A DNA stretch of 64,000 nt from Podarcis liolepis (GCA_965112155.1 OZ218101.1), one strand, 5' to 3'; counted from the stretch's first letter, positions 13,921-26,829 are shown. Made by a program: numbers and translations. The notes: generated from the letters alone by a model not told the origin.

Positions 13921-15719
13921 AAACAAGGAAATTGCTCAAAACATTAACAATGCAATCCTAACCATGTTAACTCAGAAGTTTTACTGAATTCAATAGGGCT
14001 TTCTCCCAGTAAGTGGCGTTAAGATTATAGACTAAATTACTAATCAAGTAGCGACAAGGTAGAGCAGACCATTTTGTTTGTTTGTTTGTTCTCTCCCCCC
14101 CCCCTTTATTTACTCCTATAGTGCATCCTATAAATGAAGTACTCCAGATGTTTTGGACCACAAATCCTGACTGGGCCGATGGGATTTGCAGCCCAAGACA
14201 TCTGGAGGGTACCAGGATGGCAAAAACTGGTCTATTCAAAGTTGAGCCCCACTGAATTCAGCTAAGTGAGCACAGCGTTACAGACTGTCTTTTTATGTAA
14301 ATATATAAACCAAATATTTACACACTACAAACACACATTCTGTTTTATATACCTTTTTGGTGCTGAATAACTTGTAAATATTTTATATGATTCATGCTCT
14401 GGTTATTAGTCACCAGTAATTTTTTTATTAACATATTTTAAACTTTCAAAAACATTTCAAGGCTTATATTATGCAATTACATTGATTTTAAATACTTCCA
14501 TTTTTTCATGTTATGCTTGTGGGTGCTTTGTTCAAATTGAGTTAGTGGGTACTTTTATATTAAGTATCCTGAAATATAATTTGTTATCTCGTAGCGCCTC
14601 TGAAGAAGGCATCTTGCTAAAACATGTTGCACTAAATGCTTTCCATTTTTATTATCATGTCAAGGCTTTGCCAACTTTTGGTCAGAAAGACTTAACATAT
14701 TTACTGTGACATTAGCTTTCATGGGGTAAAAATGCATTTGTCGGGCTACTTGATGCATCTGACCCATGGAAGCTTATGCCACAACAGACTTACTCTATGC
14801 AAGCAAAGAAGTATAACTAGAGTAACCAGGAAACATATTAACATTCAAAACTTAAGTCCTCCTAGGTGAATTACATTTTCAATAACATTCTGGGGCTGGG
14901 GCTCTGCAAGTAGAGACCAGCATCCAACGAATATATGGAAGATAGAAGAGAAGTTTATATTTGCCTAAATTTGTATACAAAATGCCTGCATGCAACCCCA
15001 AGGGGTTTTGCTTCCCTCACTCCTTGCAGGTGTTTGGCTCCTTCCTTGTTCTTAAAAGTACTAAGAGAGATGTTTCTTAATATGTATCACATTCCTGTTT
15101 CTTGTAGTGATTATGAATTCTTAGCCCTACCCAATTAGGAACCATTAAAAAACAACAACCTGGTACCTGTCTTTCATCTTTGGAGAACCCAACACCTGCA
15201 AGGTGAGGAGGGTGGGAGAAGAAAAAGCAAGTGCCCTCTTTACTTCTTCCCGCAGTCTCTTCTTCCTTCATATCTTTGTAAAGGAACTGCAAAGGGAAGC
15301 TACCTCCTCTATTTTCTGCATCTTGCATCCAGTAAATTTCAGGTTGTGTGGCTGATGGGACCCCTCTGGGAGGGCTTGTCCACTGTGGCTTTACTGTGAA
15401 TACTATGGCTTTACTTTAAAAAAAAGAAAAAGGCGATCCAAATTGTAGTAACCTGCATTCGGCAAATCAATAGGTATTACATACCTATAACTTCTCACAT
15501 GAACCGAATTGGATTTAAAAGGTCAGAAATCTAAAATGATAAACTGATATATTCTTAATGTAGCACTAAGTTATTTAAGATTCATTATCAGGGTGACTAT
15601 AGTAGGAGCTATGTACATCTGTATCATCATATATTTATTTACTGCATGTTTACAAAAAATACAAGAACACCACATTTAGCACCGGGAACAGATGATGATG
15701 ATAATGATTATTATTATTA

Positions 15720-15965
15720 TTATCCTTCCTCCCAAATGACCCACAGGCATCAGGGGAAAAGGCAATAAAAACAATCCAAAAATTTGAAAAATGTTTCAGA
15801 CAAACCAAGTATCTACACAGCTAAAAGCAATGTCCTTTGACAATGCTTGGGTAAACAGGAACGTTTTAAGCTTTTGCCTCAATGTTAATAATAAGGGGGA
15901 CAGATACAGTTCACCAGAGAGGAGTGGACTCCATAAGCCGGGCACTGCTATGAAGAAGCCCCCAT
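15720..15965 (-). mobile_element. L2 LINE 3' end fragment
   Basis: Translation LWSPL...LLTLRQKLKTFLFTQAL resembles the L2 ORF2 C-terminus (WN.LP...F.K.LKT.LF..AF), followed by an (AAT)n-like tail. Confidence 0.55.
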
Positions 15966-16190
15966 CACAGGGCAGCACCAGCTGGGCTGCAGCAAGCAAA
16001 GAATCTCAACATTCATCCTAAAACCAAACAGGTTTCTGTGAAAATGCACCTTAAAAAGACAATGCTGACAACAGACACATAGTGAACTTTTCCAAAAGCC
16101 AAGTAGGATTTCCAATAGTAATAGACAGCTTTTGAACAACATGTCAGGCAGCTGTAGTTATAGAGTTATCTAGTCTTTCATATTATGTTA

Positions 16191-16404
16191 CAGTCATACC
16201 TCGGGCTATGAACACTGCAGGTTGCGCGTTTTCGGGTTGTGGACCGTGCCGAACCTCGAAGTGCCGGAACAGGTTACTTCTGGGTTTCAGCGCTCGCGCA
16301 TGCGCATAACCACAAAATGACATCACATGCATGCGCAGAAGCGGCGCTGCGGTTTGTGGACGTGTCTCCCGCACGGATCACGTTCGCAACCAAAGGTTTG
16401 ACTG
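16191..16404. mobile_element. Tc1/mariner-superfamily MITE (second family)
   Basis: TA|CAGTCATACCTCGG ... CCAAAGGTTTGACTG|TA: imperfect TIRs with TA target duplication. CpG-rich. Confidence 0.8.
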
Positions 16405-17771
16405 TATATACATTTAAGTTTATTTTTATGCTGCCTTTCAGCCAGAGGAGGCCCCCCCAAAGTGGCTCAGAAAGGATAATACAAACAAAATACAACTTTC
16501 AAAACTTTAAAACAAAATTTTAACACTTCAAATATTATTTTATGTTATTTCATTTTTAATATGTGTATTCCACCCTTCAGCCGCAGATCTCAGGGCAGTT
16601 CACAGCATAAAAATACAAGATAAAAACACAAAATACATAATAAAAACAAGAACCAATACCACCACCACCCACAGGAAACCCAATGAAAGCAGTAAGAATT
16701 GAATTTGTTTTGTCTTCCCCACCCACCCTGATTTGCGCAGGCAAGTCCACAGCTGACTTGCATCCTTTTTATCTATGTGATTTACTTACTGTAACAAATA
16801 GATTCTTGTTTATTGTTTTTTATGCTATTTTACTGAGATTTCTGTTTTCATGCATGTTGTTAGGAACCTTGAAATTTCCATTATGGGATGTAAAGTTTTT
16901 CTTCCTCCACAAAATGTTTTTACACACACACACACGGATTTTCATTATGAAAGAACCATTGGCAGATTATTCACTGAAGAATTGCATTACTTGAGAAATA
17001 CAAGGATTCCTTCTTTCATCTCACTGAAATATTTTTTTTCTTTGTATCATTATACTGCGTGTTTAACACTTTTTAACGTCTGTAGGCTTAAGTATCATAA
17101 CTCCTTGGAAACACTGTTGTTTTTTAATCCTCCATTTTAAAAAGCTACTCAATGAGAGTTCTGAAATGAAGTTGTGTAAATATTCAATGACTGAGACAGA
17201 GGAGTCATCAGGGTATAAGGAGGAGGAGCTGAAGGGGGCAAGGTTCTGTGCCAATAACTTAATCATAACCACGTGAGTAATTCAGGGGATTCAGGGTCCC
17301 CCCCCCCCTTTAAGGGTATGAATCAAGTTAAGTTTGTTTTGCTGTGGGTGAAGGAAAGGAGAATATAATACTATGAATCAGAAAGATGATCAAATATGTG
17401 GCAAAGACAGCTCAATTATAGTTGCTGCCTTTCCTCTCAAACTGTCTATCCTAAGAAGTCAGAATTTTGCTTATCAACAGAAATGATAGTTTTCAGTTTC
17501 CAAGATTCCCTATAACAGGAATGGACAGAAGGTAGATCAGAATTTACTGGTCTCTGGTTGATTTGTAGCAGATTGACAAGGTTCTCTGGCTTCCAGCTGT
17601 TCAACCAAAACAACAACAATATGACTTTTCCCACCTAAATCAGATTGCTGAAATGAATTGACTTTTCAGGAATTGACTTTTGTGTGAAAGAACTGTGAGC
17701 TCAGTTTAGGCCCCCTACTGAAAACAGAACATGATCAGAGGCACTCTTGTTTTTTAATTCTAACTGTATAC

Positions 17772-17922
17772 CTTTTGCACCTGACTCTCGTTGGTAGATC
17801 TATCAAGACTGAAGTTTGCCCAACCCTTTTATATTCTCCTCCTCCTCTTATTGAATGTTATCACTAATACATTTTAGCTTCCAGAATATCTTACTGTACT
17901 GGGATGCCCTTCTGCCTGGTCG
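17772..17922 (-). other. Candidate non-coding internal exon
   Basis: Acceptor TTCTTCATTACTACAG|C; donors ACA|GTAAGA (17895) or AAG|GTATAC (17772). The long form has stops in all frames. Confidence 0.25.
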
Positions 17923-18876
17923 CTGTAGTAATGAAGAATAAATTATAGGGCTGAATGTCATTCTGCCTACAGCAGTCTGAAATTTGCCCAGCTCTGAAAT
18001 GGATTTTAAAGTCAAACTACGGCAAGTACAGATTTTGCAATGCTTAGAGGAATGAAATTATCATTCTATCAATGATCTTTTAGAATGACGTACACAAAAA
18101 ATAAAACATTCACTTTGACTTTGACTTGTTTTCCCCCCTTCTCTAGTTGATTCTTGGGACTTTTGCGGTTTGTTATAAAACAGCTTTTAATAGTCTGAAA
18201 GGATAACAACTTGTTTTTCATTTGTAATGCAATTAAAATTGTATGCTTCAAATGGAGAAATAATTATTTCTTTAGTAGCAGTGGGGAACTCATTCTCATA
18301 AAACTCACCAAAACTGAAAGACCTGCGAAAACACAAGGTCACTTCACATCTGTACCTCACAGACAAACTTCCAGAATCCAAACCACAGTAAATTACACTG
18401 AATAGAACCAATACAACAAATAGTGCAACAAAAGGGGATCTTGCCAAAACATACTTGGCACAATCCAACCCAAATTCAGTATATTGATGTCTCCTTGATT
18501 TTACTAGGATAGCTGAGCACATGCTTAAAATCTCTCCCACTGGGGTGAAAAAGTCCTGAAATACCGGTTGGAATGTGCTCAGACCAAATGAGACACTGCA
18601 ATAGCAAACATACAGAGAGAGAGAGAAGAAATGGCAGCAATGCCCAAATCCATCCCACCCCCAAATACGAAGCTCCACTTGGGCTGGTCCTAATCTGTCA
18701 GTCTAACTGACCCCATAGGTTTGTTATGAGGGGAAACCATATGAGGAAGGGCAGGATAAAAACACACACACGATAAAACAGAAATTTAGACATCAGTAAT
18801 GAACAATATGGTACTCTGCAAGCATCAAAAACAAACCCAAAGAGTTCACACAGAAGCAGATAAACACAAAACCAGC

Positions 18877-19028
18877 AGAAGCTGCCTTATATGGAGTAAG
18901 ATCTAGATCAGTACTGTCTACACTGACAGGCAGAAACTCTCCAGGATTTCAGACAAGCTTTTCCCCTGCCCAATTTGAGATGCCAGGGATTTGCAGGTGA
19001 AGCAGATACTTTACCACTGACCTTACAG
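18877..19028 (-). mobile_element. Degraded tRNA-derived SINE with CR1-type tail (Squam2/Anolis-SINE2-like)
   Basis: Shares GAAGCTGCCTTATA...CACTGAC.GGCAG...CTCTCCAGG blocks with the copy at 50713. Confidence 0.6.
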
Positions 19029-19779
19029 ACTGGCAGTGCTATGCCAGCAACAGCCACCATCACTGGATGTAGAATTGCAGCACCGGGGCATCTCTTGGCA
19101 CTAGAAACTACTTATTCACAATGTGTGCTAAGAACAGTCCCGTCCCCCCCGCAACATAGAATAAATTATTAGGTACCTAACTAAGAATTGGCAGACACAC
19201 TTTTCATAATGGAATTGTACCTGGTAGACAGGTCATGGACATAGTGGTGCCATGGTGTCTGTGATGGCTTGCTTCCCCCCCCCCCGCCCTCCCCACCTAG
19301 CTCTCCTTGATAGAGAGAAAGAGACAGAGAGGCTAAAAAAAAGCGCAGCCAGCAATCCTTTCTGTATTTACTTAGGTGGGTGAATGAAGTAGGGTTTAAT
19401 GAACTCAAATTCTGTCCTCCACCCCCAACCCATCCACTCTCCCCTGCCCCCCACCCCACCTCCAGCTAGAAAGAGAAGGAGAGCAAATGCAATCAGACAG
19501 CCTTTCAGTATCCCAGTGAGGGACAATATATAGGATTTTCCAGATTCATCTCTCTCTTGAGGTGGGGGAGAAGGAACAGAGTGAGTATATGACTTCTTAC
19601 ATTGAGTGGTCTTTTGCAAATGTAAGTTAAGGAAGGGTAGAGAATATGTTTTCACCCTTCAAAAACATGTTTATAGGTGGAGAGCCTAATCCAGTTAGTG
19701 ATGAATGAAAGAAAGAAAGAGAACTCTTTTCCTTGCCTGTCTTCCCGTCTCTAGTAATATAGGCGAGTTCAATACTCAC

Positions 19780-19900
19780 ATGACTTTTTCTGCATGCCGA
19801 TGTGATGCACTTTATATTCTTGAGTGGTTACAGAGGACATTTACTTACAGAAAGGCATACACCTCACACAACAGTTCTACTTAAAAGTAATGCCCTCAGT
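19780..19900 (-). other. Candidate 5' exon (MSSVTTQEYKVHHIGMQKKS, phase 1)
   Basis: ATG at 19840 is open for 20 codons to donor CAT|GTGAGT. A second donor TCT|GTAAGT lies at 19849. Confidence 0.3.
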
Positions 19901-20219
19901 TTATAAAACAAGTCAACACAGAAACAGAAAACCCTTATTTTTGTTTATGCCACCCAGTCTGAATCTGTGGCTTTGCATGGAGGCATTGGGCAAAAGTCAG
20001 ACCACAAGTATGCAGTACCACTGTGAGTAGAGAGGGGGGAAAAGATAATGTTTGTATTTTGTTTATGTAGTGTGCTAACCATCACAAAGCTTTTAGCAAG
20101 GATATCAAAACTAAAACTAAAAAAAAGTCTATATTTCTTGAACTAGTTAATCAGTTATCACTTTAAAAGAATATCTCTTAGAAAAATAAACAGTTTACAG
20201 CTATTAATCCTATGTACAC

Positions 20220-20255
20220 GTGTGTGTGTGTGTGTGTGTGTGTGTTTGTGTGTGT
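20220..20255. repeat. (TG)n microsatellite
   Basis: Direct inspection. Confidence 0.95.
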
Positions 20256-20761
20256 ACTTCATTCAAGGAAAGCTCTGTGGGACACACATGAACACCACAA
20301 GCCCTATTTGGGTGTTCAGTTCCTTGATGTGATTAAAATCATGTGAGGGAGAGCAGCAACCTTGGCTAGCCCTGCCACCTCTGCAGCGCCCCTGTCCCAT
20401 CTCTGCTGCTTCCAACGTCTTACAGGGCTCATGCCTGCAATAGGGTACATATGAAAGCTTCCCACTCAACATAAAGCTATACGTAATCAGGGATCTAAAT
20501 CAGCTGTGGAGCCTCTATAAGCAGGTTCTAAAAAGAATTGTACAGAACAGTTTTGTACAGCAATGGGACGATTCTTTTTCAAAGAAGTGAAAATATTCAG
20601 ACGACAGTATTGACGATAGTGCTCTAGATGCCTCTAGATGAAACTGTAGGACTGCCAGCTTTCTATTGTACTGCAGGAACTTATTTTCACTGCATATTTT
20701 GGAGAGCAACTCAGACCTAAACTATATGTGGCATGCAGTCATGTGTATCTTTCTGTTTATG

Positions 20762-20945
20762 GGGGGAAACCATGACTCAGTGGTAGAGCATGTAGTTAGC
20801 ATTCAAAAAGGGACCAGATTCAATCCTTCCAGGGAGGCCTAGGAAGGACCCCTTTCTGAAACCCTCCCTGGAGAGGTGCCGACAGTGACAACACTGAGCA
20901 GAGCTGATGGACCCATGGTCTGGCTTGGTCTACACCAGTAACCGG
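20762..20945 (+). mobile_element. Degraded tRNA-derived SINE (same family as 50713)
   Basis: Box A-like CTCAGTGGTAGAGCAT and box B-like GATTCAATCC, then CTGAAACCC...GATGGACCCATGGTCTGGCT. Confidence 0.6.
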
Positions 20946-21708
20946 TGATTCTCCTGACACCCTTTAAAACTGAAGTTACACACTAACTCTTACGCTTTTC
21001 CATCTGTATGAAAATAAGACATCTTTTCATCTACAGTGAAAAAACAGCAGCTGGGGTGTCAATTTTGAGGAGAAAGACTGATGAAGTTACTCTACCATTC
21101 CCCTCTATCCCTCTTCTTAAGCACTTTGTAGTCTGCCTTTGTTTGTTTGTTTTTTAATGAACACAGGATAAAGATTTACATAACTGTGGTCATATCTAGT
21201 TTGGACCCCCACACTGAACTATGACCGACACATGTTGCATTGCACTACATCAGGCTGATGGGCTAGCATTTCCATGTATTTTGTGCAGCAGATATACCTA
21301 AGATCACCACCTTTTCCCCAAGCGGGGCCTGGCAACAGAAATGAAACAGGTGATGCTTTTTGATGGCATGAAGATAATATTAAGAAGTTTTCACCTGCTC
21401 GATTTCTGCTTTTAAATGTTATTAAAAGGTGCGGGAACTGATCCCAGCACTGCCTCAGTCATGGGGCAAGATTCACTTCCTCTCTCCTTCTTTCCTCAGA
21501 GGATGCTCTGCACAGGTAAGTTACCTTGCCTCCAGTTGCCAGTGATGTTGCTCAGACGCAGGGAAACGCACCACATGATGGTGCCAAGTCATGCAATGAG
21601 TTGTGCTTCATAATGCAGCTGGGGATGGATAGGAAAGTTATCACTTCATGCAGTGCTGAAGTAGCGTATGGGCCATAGAGAAAGAGAAAGATGGCACTGC
21701 AAGAGTTA

Positions 21709-21989
21709 AAGGTAAAGGTACCCCTGCCCGAACGGGCCTGGCCCGACTCTAGGGTTGCGTGCTCATCTCGCTCTAGAGGCCGTGAGCCGGCGCCGTCCGG
21801 AGACACTTCCGGGTCACGTGGCCAGCGTGACGAAGCTGCAGCTGGCGAGCCAGCACTAGCGCAGCACACGGAAACGCCGTTTACCTTCCCGCTATAAAGC
21901 GGTACCTATTTATCTACTTGCACTTAAGAGTGCTTTCGAACTGCTAGGTGGGCAGGAGCTGGTTTTACCCACAGCGCCACCCGCGTCCC
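21709..21989 (-). mobile_element. Sauria SINE (Squam1), young copy with internal deletion
   Basis: Minus-strand head GGGACGCGGGTGGCGCTGTGG and TACCTTTACCTT tail. Perfect 13-bp TSD ACTGCAAGAGTTA (21696-21708 and 21990-22002). Confidence 0.9.
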
Positions 21990-24849
21990 ACTGCAAGAGT
22001 TACTGAGGCTAAAAAGACTATAAACTGTCTGAGATGCCAGTTACAGGAATTTAAGTGCCCTGTACACTGCTGCCTTATGCTACACGAGTATGCTCACACC
22101 GTTTAATAGTACATTTATTTTACATGCGAGAAAAACAGAAATGTTGTAGAATGTGTGTAACATGGCACTAAACTCTCATTTGGTATCTAAAACATTCACA
22201 AAAACAATATACCGACATGTCGAATGTGCAGATTTTCTGTAATCAATATAAGCAAACAGTAACAGTGTGAATTAGGACGTACTTTCATTTCTTTCAGACT
22301 TGAAAAAGAATCCCACCTGGCTTAGAATTTTAACATTTGTTATAATCAAGAATAGGTGATTGTATCATTCAGGACCCAAGAAAAAATAATCTATGCAACA
22401 ACAACAAAATCACACAGGTATTTAAGTCCTGTGACAACTGTTACATTGCAGAAAAATGCAAAAATAGAAGGGAAGGTTAGAGAATATAACAGCTTTCCTG
22501 CCTTTCCCACACAACAATCTTCATGTATATACTTACATTAAATTCAGATACCAGATCCACACTAGGCTCTCCTCTAACCATTATTTAGATTAGCACCTAA
22601 ACCATGATCTGAAGCTTACAAATTTAAAAGAGTCAAGCTAATGCATACTTTGAACAAAGATGAAAGAGCATGACTTTATCTACTACTGCATATTGCTGGA
22701 TAGTTATGATCAGTTAATATGTGAGGGGAGAGGCATTCACATGGTCTGATTAGTACCTAGGTCATCAACATTTGCCATCCGTTTCCTCCTCCTTTCCTGA
22801 CCCTTTTAGATATTTCTTTCTAACACAAGAATGTCTAAATTTGGGTTCCATTACTTCCAAGTTAGTATGAATAGAATATTCAACTGCTTGAATTTTTAAC
22901 AGGAACTTTGATATATAAATTTAGAGCCCCAAACCCCCACAAAAACCCACAACTCATTGTCTGGTAACCATATAGCTTAAGGGAAATTATTTTCCTATGA
23001 AGCTCAAACATGAGATCTAATATCCTAATATTGAGTGGCAAGCTGATAAGAAATACTGGATGTGACTGGGCAGAGCCAAATGTAAAAGAGTGAACAATTA
23101 TGGTAGGGCATATTCTAAGAATAGGGATGATATAATTGTAAGGAACTTAGAAAGAAGTGTATGAGGAAGACTTAATTATATAAAAGGAATGTTGGGATAC
23201 CCATGGACCTGAAAAGGTTCATACAAGACAGAAAAGTTTAGAGAGTTAGCAAAGATCAGTCTACAGACTGAAACATATAAGAAAATCAAACTCTTGACAG
23301 TCTTATTATGCCTTTAAATGGAGAAATGTTATGTGCTTAGGAGGGGGAGAAGCACTAGTACAGACAAGCTGTTCACTATTTTAGAGCCAAAAATTTGAGA
23401 ATTATATATGACACAGATTACCCATTCAAAACTACACCAGACTTAAGAGTTACAACAACAAAATACATTTTGAAAAGCCTTTTTTAAAGAGATAAATTAA
23501 TGTCATACCATCCAAAGGGGGGGAAATGCATTTGAAATATTGGTTTGCAAAAAGTATTCATGTGCTAATATGAAGAGCTTGGAGCAAAATGGATGGTTGC
23601 TTTTGTATTTCTGGAGACGAAACCTAAAACACACAACACCAATCATTTATTTCTGTGTTGTGTGCACGCACATGTGTGTACTGTTGCAATGTCTGGCTTG
23701 CTATAGGTTTAAACTTACTACAATCACTCTAAAACTCCCTGCAAGCTAATTTATAACCTGCCATCTTCACAACTACTGTGTGAGGAATGCTTTTTCTAAC
23801 TGGTATTTAATACTGGGGCTTTAAATATAACCTCAACACCCTCTATACTAGAGCAGGGGAAGGGAGGGGTGGGAAACAGAAGCTAACTGGCCCTAATAAA
23901 ATGCAGCCTGTTTCTTTAAGGAAAAGTGTCACAGGAAAAGCACAAGAAATGCTACAATCTCCACCCACTGTCATATAAGAACGGCTGCCTACACACACCA
24001 CACACCCTGCATCCTGAAACCCACCCTCCTTTATAAACCCAGTGCATTAGGTGATGGAAATTCAGGATATGCAACCGCAGTACCTCCTAAGTCATCTCTA
24101 GAAAGGCTAACACACGGCATTTTTGTGACCTCTGCCCACTTGATCATGCTTCCCTCTTATATCCTGTGAGTGGGCTGTCTAATCGAGTCAGTGCTTCCCA
24201 CAGCTCTTGCAGACTGCAGCAGCCGCCCTTCTCCTGGAAATAACAAGCCGTGGTCTTTTAAACATTCCATTCTTCTCTAACACCAACAATGTTTCCTGCT
24301 CCCCTTCCCTTCCAAACACCAGGTCTTTCAATACCACGCTCCCAACTCCTGACACCTCTCTTTAGCTATTTAGTGCTTTTAAAACTGTATGCTTGGGGTC
24401 TTTACACCTTTTCATTTCTGAACTGCAGCTACAGAAAACGTATTTTACTTATACCCCTGAAGTTCTCTGTTAAAGACTTGATACACTTATCAGTAATAAT
24501 GATTAGGTAAGTGTGCAGTGGTGACTGATTAGACTACTGTTAGCCCCTTGCTATATTTATCATTACCCCCTTGCTTCTCCTTTCCCTCATTTTCAACCCC
24601 CTTGTTATTGTATTATTCCTTGTGTTATTTAAATTGTATGTAAAACAATAAAAATAATGGTTTTGTAACATTTTTACAGGGGGGGGGGGGAATTCAGCAA
24701 GGCTTTCCCTGCACAACTGTTTTCAGACTAATACCAGCAGTGTTTCATGGCATCAAATGACTATTGGGATATTCTCAAAGGAGTACCAATAAGAAAGAAA
24801 ACAAATGACACTTCAGCAGGAGGTAACAGCCAGTTTCTCATATGTTAAT

Positions 24850-25047
24850 GGCAGATCCACACAATACAGTTAAAGCACATTCAATGCACATGAGCGCCTC
24901 AAAGAATCCTTGGAACTGCACTTTCCCCCTCACAGGGCTATATATCCCAGCACTCTCAATAAACAACACTTCCCAAGATTCTTTGGGGGAATTAATGTGC
25001 TTTAAATGTGTATTTAATGTGCTTAAAATGTATTGTGTGGATTTGCC
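24850..25047. mobile_element. PIF/Harbinger-like MITE
   Basis: 19-bp TIRs GGCAGATCCACACAATACA and TGTATTGTGTGGATTTGCC (1 mismatch) with further internal inverted symmetry. The superfamily is inferred from the GGC..GCC termini. Confidence 0.65.
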
Positions 25048-26267
25048 CTCGTTCATGCTGGTAAACAGCTACCCATTTTGCAAAGGTTTCAAGTTATAGC
25101 TTTTTGTTTTAAAGTTTTCCCATTTGTAAGAGAGATCAGGGGTATCAGTACAAATCAGTAAACAAAGCCACTAATATGTCATGTGGCAAAGTCCATTCGA
25201 TCTATTATGGTTTACCAGTTCTACAATGTACATAAGACACACCACTATATATTATAATTACAGAATTAAAATTACAGTGCCTAAAACAGTCTGGGCAACA
25301 ACTCCAGCCACAATGAAAAATAAAACTCAGAAGTAAAGTTTTCCCTCCTTCATATTTATATTCCCTCTCCATATTTATATTCCATCCAACAACTTGTATT
25401 ACTCTGTAAACTCAATCAGTGACTTATCATTCTCTTGTGTTGATGTACCAGGCAGTGAGATATCTATCTATCTATCTATTCATCTATCCATCTGTTAGAA
25501 TGAAAACTTCTTACCCTGATAGCTACAAAAGGCCAAGCTGACTATAGGATGTCAATAGCATCTCTGTGTGGTCTTCAAGTGCTGAATGAGATGCTTACCC
25601 CTTAAGTTAACACAGTGAGGCGAAGCATTGTGGTGTCTCTTTTGTAGAATAGGAACTGAGGCTGAAAGCTAGCAACACACCCAAGGCCAATCAGGTTCAA
25701 ATTTCAGTTCTGCTATAAACTCACCAACCCCAACATTCTGTCTTCCTAGAGTCTATTAAAATTCACTTTGAGCAAGTCAGCATAGGCAGCAAAATGTGGT
25801 AGTCCTTAATACGTTGAATCACTTCAGATTTCCACTATAGGTTGGGAAAGCACATTTTTGAAAGCTTTGTTCAAATAAAATACTTCATGGAGGTAGAAAA
25901 CTAGCTCAGCAGGGAACACACTGGGCTAGAACCTGTTTCTCTCTGATGTACTAGGATTTTTGTTTTTGTTTGAAAGGAGTGTTTATCCTTGGGATCATTT
26001 TTAAAAAGTAATATATTACCTATAAGTCTGAAGCAGTATGGTCCATGCTTAAAAACACAGGATTCTACCACCTAATTTAGTTGCTTGAGCAGACCAGGCA
26101 TCTGTTTATAATTCAGGTACTATGACCATATCTCAGGTCCGTTAAGAATTACTCCAGCTTTTACTCTAAGCAAACACTATCATTTACTTTTCCCCCCGTA
26201 AATGCACATTTCTTCTTTGCAATATGAAGTCTTGTGCATATTTGTTATTGGAGATTGAAACGGAAAC

Positions 26268-26618
26268 AGGGAACCTGTGGCCTGTTGGACAACAACTGCT
26301 GTCATCCCTGACCATTGGCCTGGCTGGCTAGAGTTGATGGGTGTAGTGTGGTGTAGTGGTTAAGAGCAGTAGACTCGCAATCTGGTGAACCGGGTTCGCA
26401 TCTCCGCTCCTCCACATGCAGCTGCTGGGTGACCTTGGGCTAGTCACACTTCTTTGAAGTCTCTCAGCCCCACTCACCTCACAGAGTGTTTGTTGTAGGG
26501 GAGGAAGGGAAAGGAGAATGTTAGCCGCTTTGAGACTCCTTTGGGTAGTGATAAAGCGGGCTATCAAATCCAAACTCTTCTTCTTCAACATCCGGAGGGG
26601 AGCAGGTTCCCAATTCCT
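26268..26618. mobile_element. Short hAT-like palindromic element split by the SINE at 26345
   Basis: Left end GGGAACCTG, right end CAGGTTCCC. Related decayed copies lie at ~3358-3460 and ~14140-14230. Confidence 0.55.
26345..26586 (+). mobile_element. Squam3-like tRNA-derived SINE
   Basis: Box A TGGTGTAGTGG, box B GGTTCGCATCT, CORE-like GGGTGACCTTGGGCTAGTCAC, and AGCCGCTTTGAG...(CTT)n tail. Confidence 0.85.
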
Positions 26619-26829
26619 AGGCTAAAATATAGTCTCAGTTAAATCAATGAGACTAGATGCTTAGTCGCCAGTCAAAAATATTCCTCTTCTCCCAAGGCCT
26701 TTAGCTAGTTACTTTGTTACGTATTTTTGTGTTTCTATATTGTGAACTGCCCTTTATTCCTCAGAGGGAGGGTGTTATAGAAATTTAATAAATAAGTATC
26801 TGTGTGCTTATGCTCCCAATTGGTGCACA

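Noticed and set aside
18187-18678. 163-aa hydrophobic ORF
   Set aside because: It has a non-ATG start, its composition reflects the T-rich strand, and there is no recognisable family or splice context.
26345-26420. tRNA-like box A and box B sequences (also 20762, 35020-35093, 46249, 50840-50910)
   Set aside because: They are SINE heads continuing into SINE bodies, with no complete cloverleaf.
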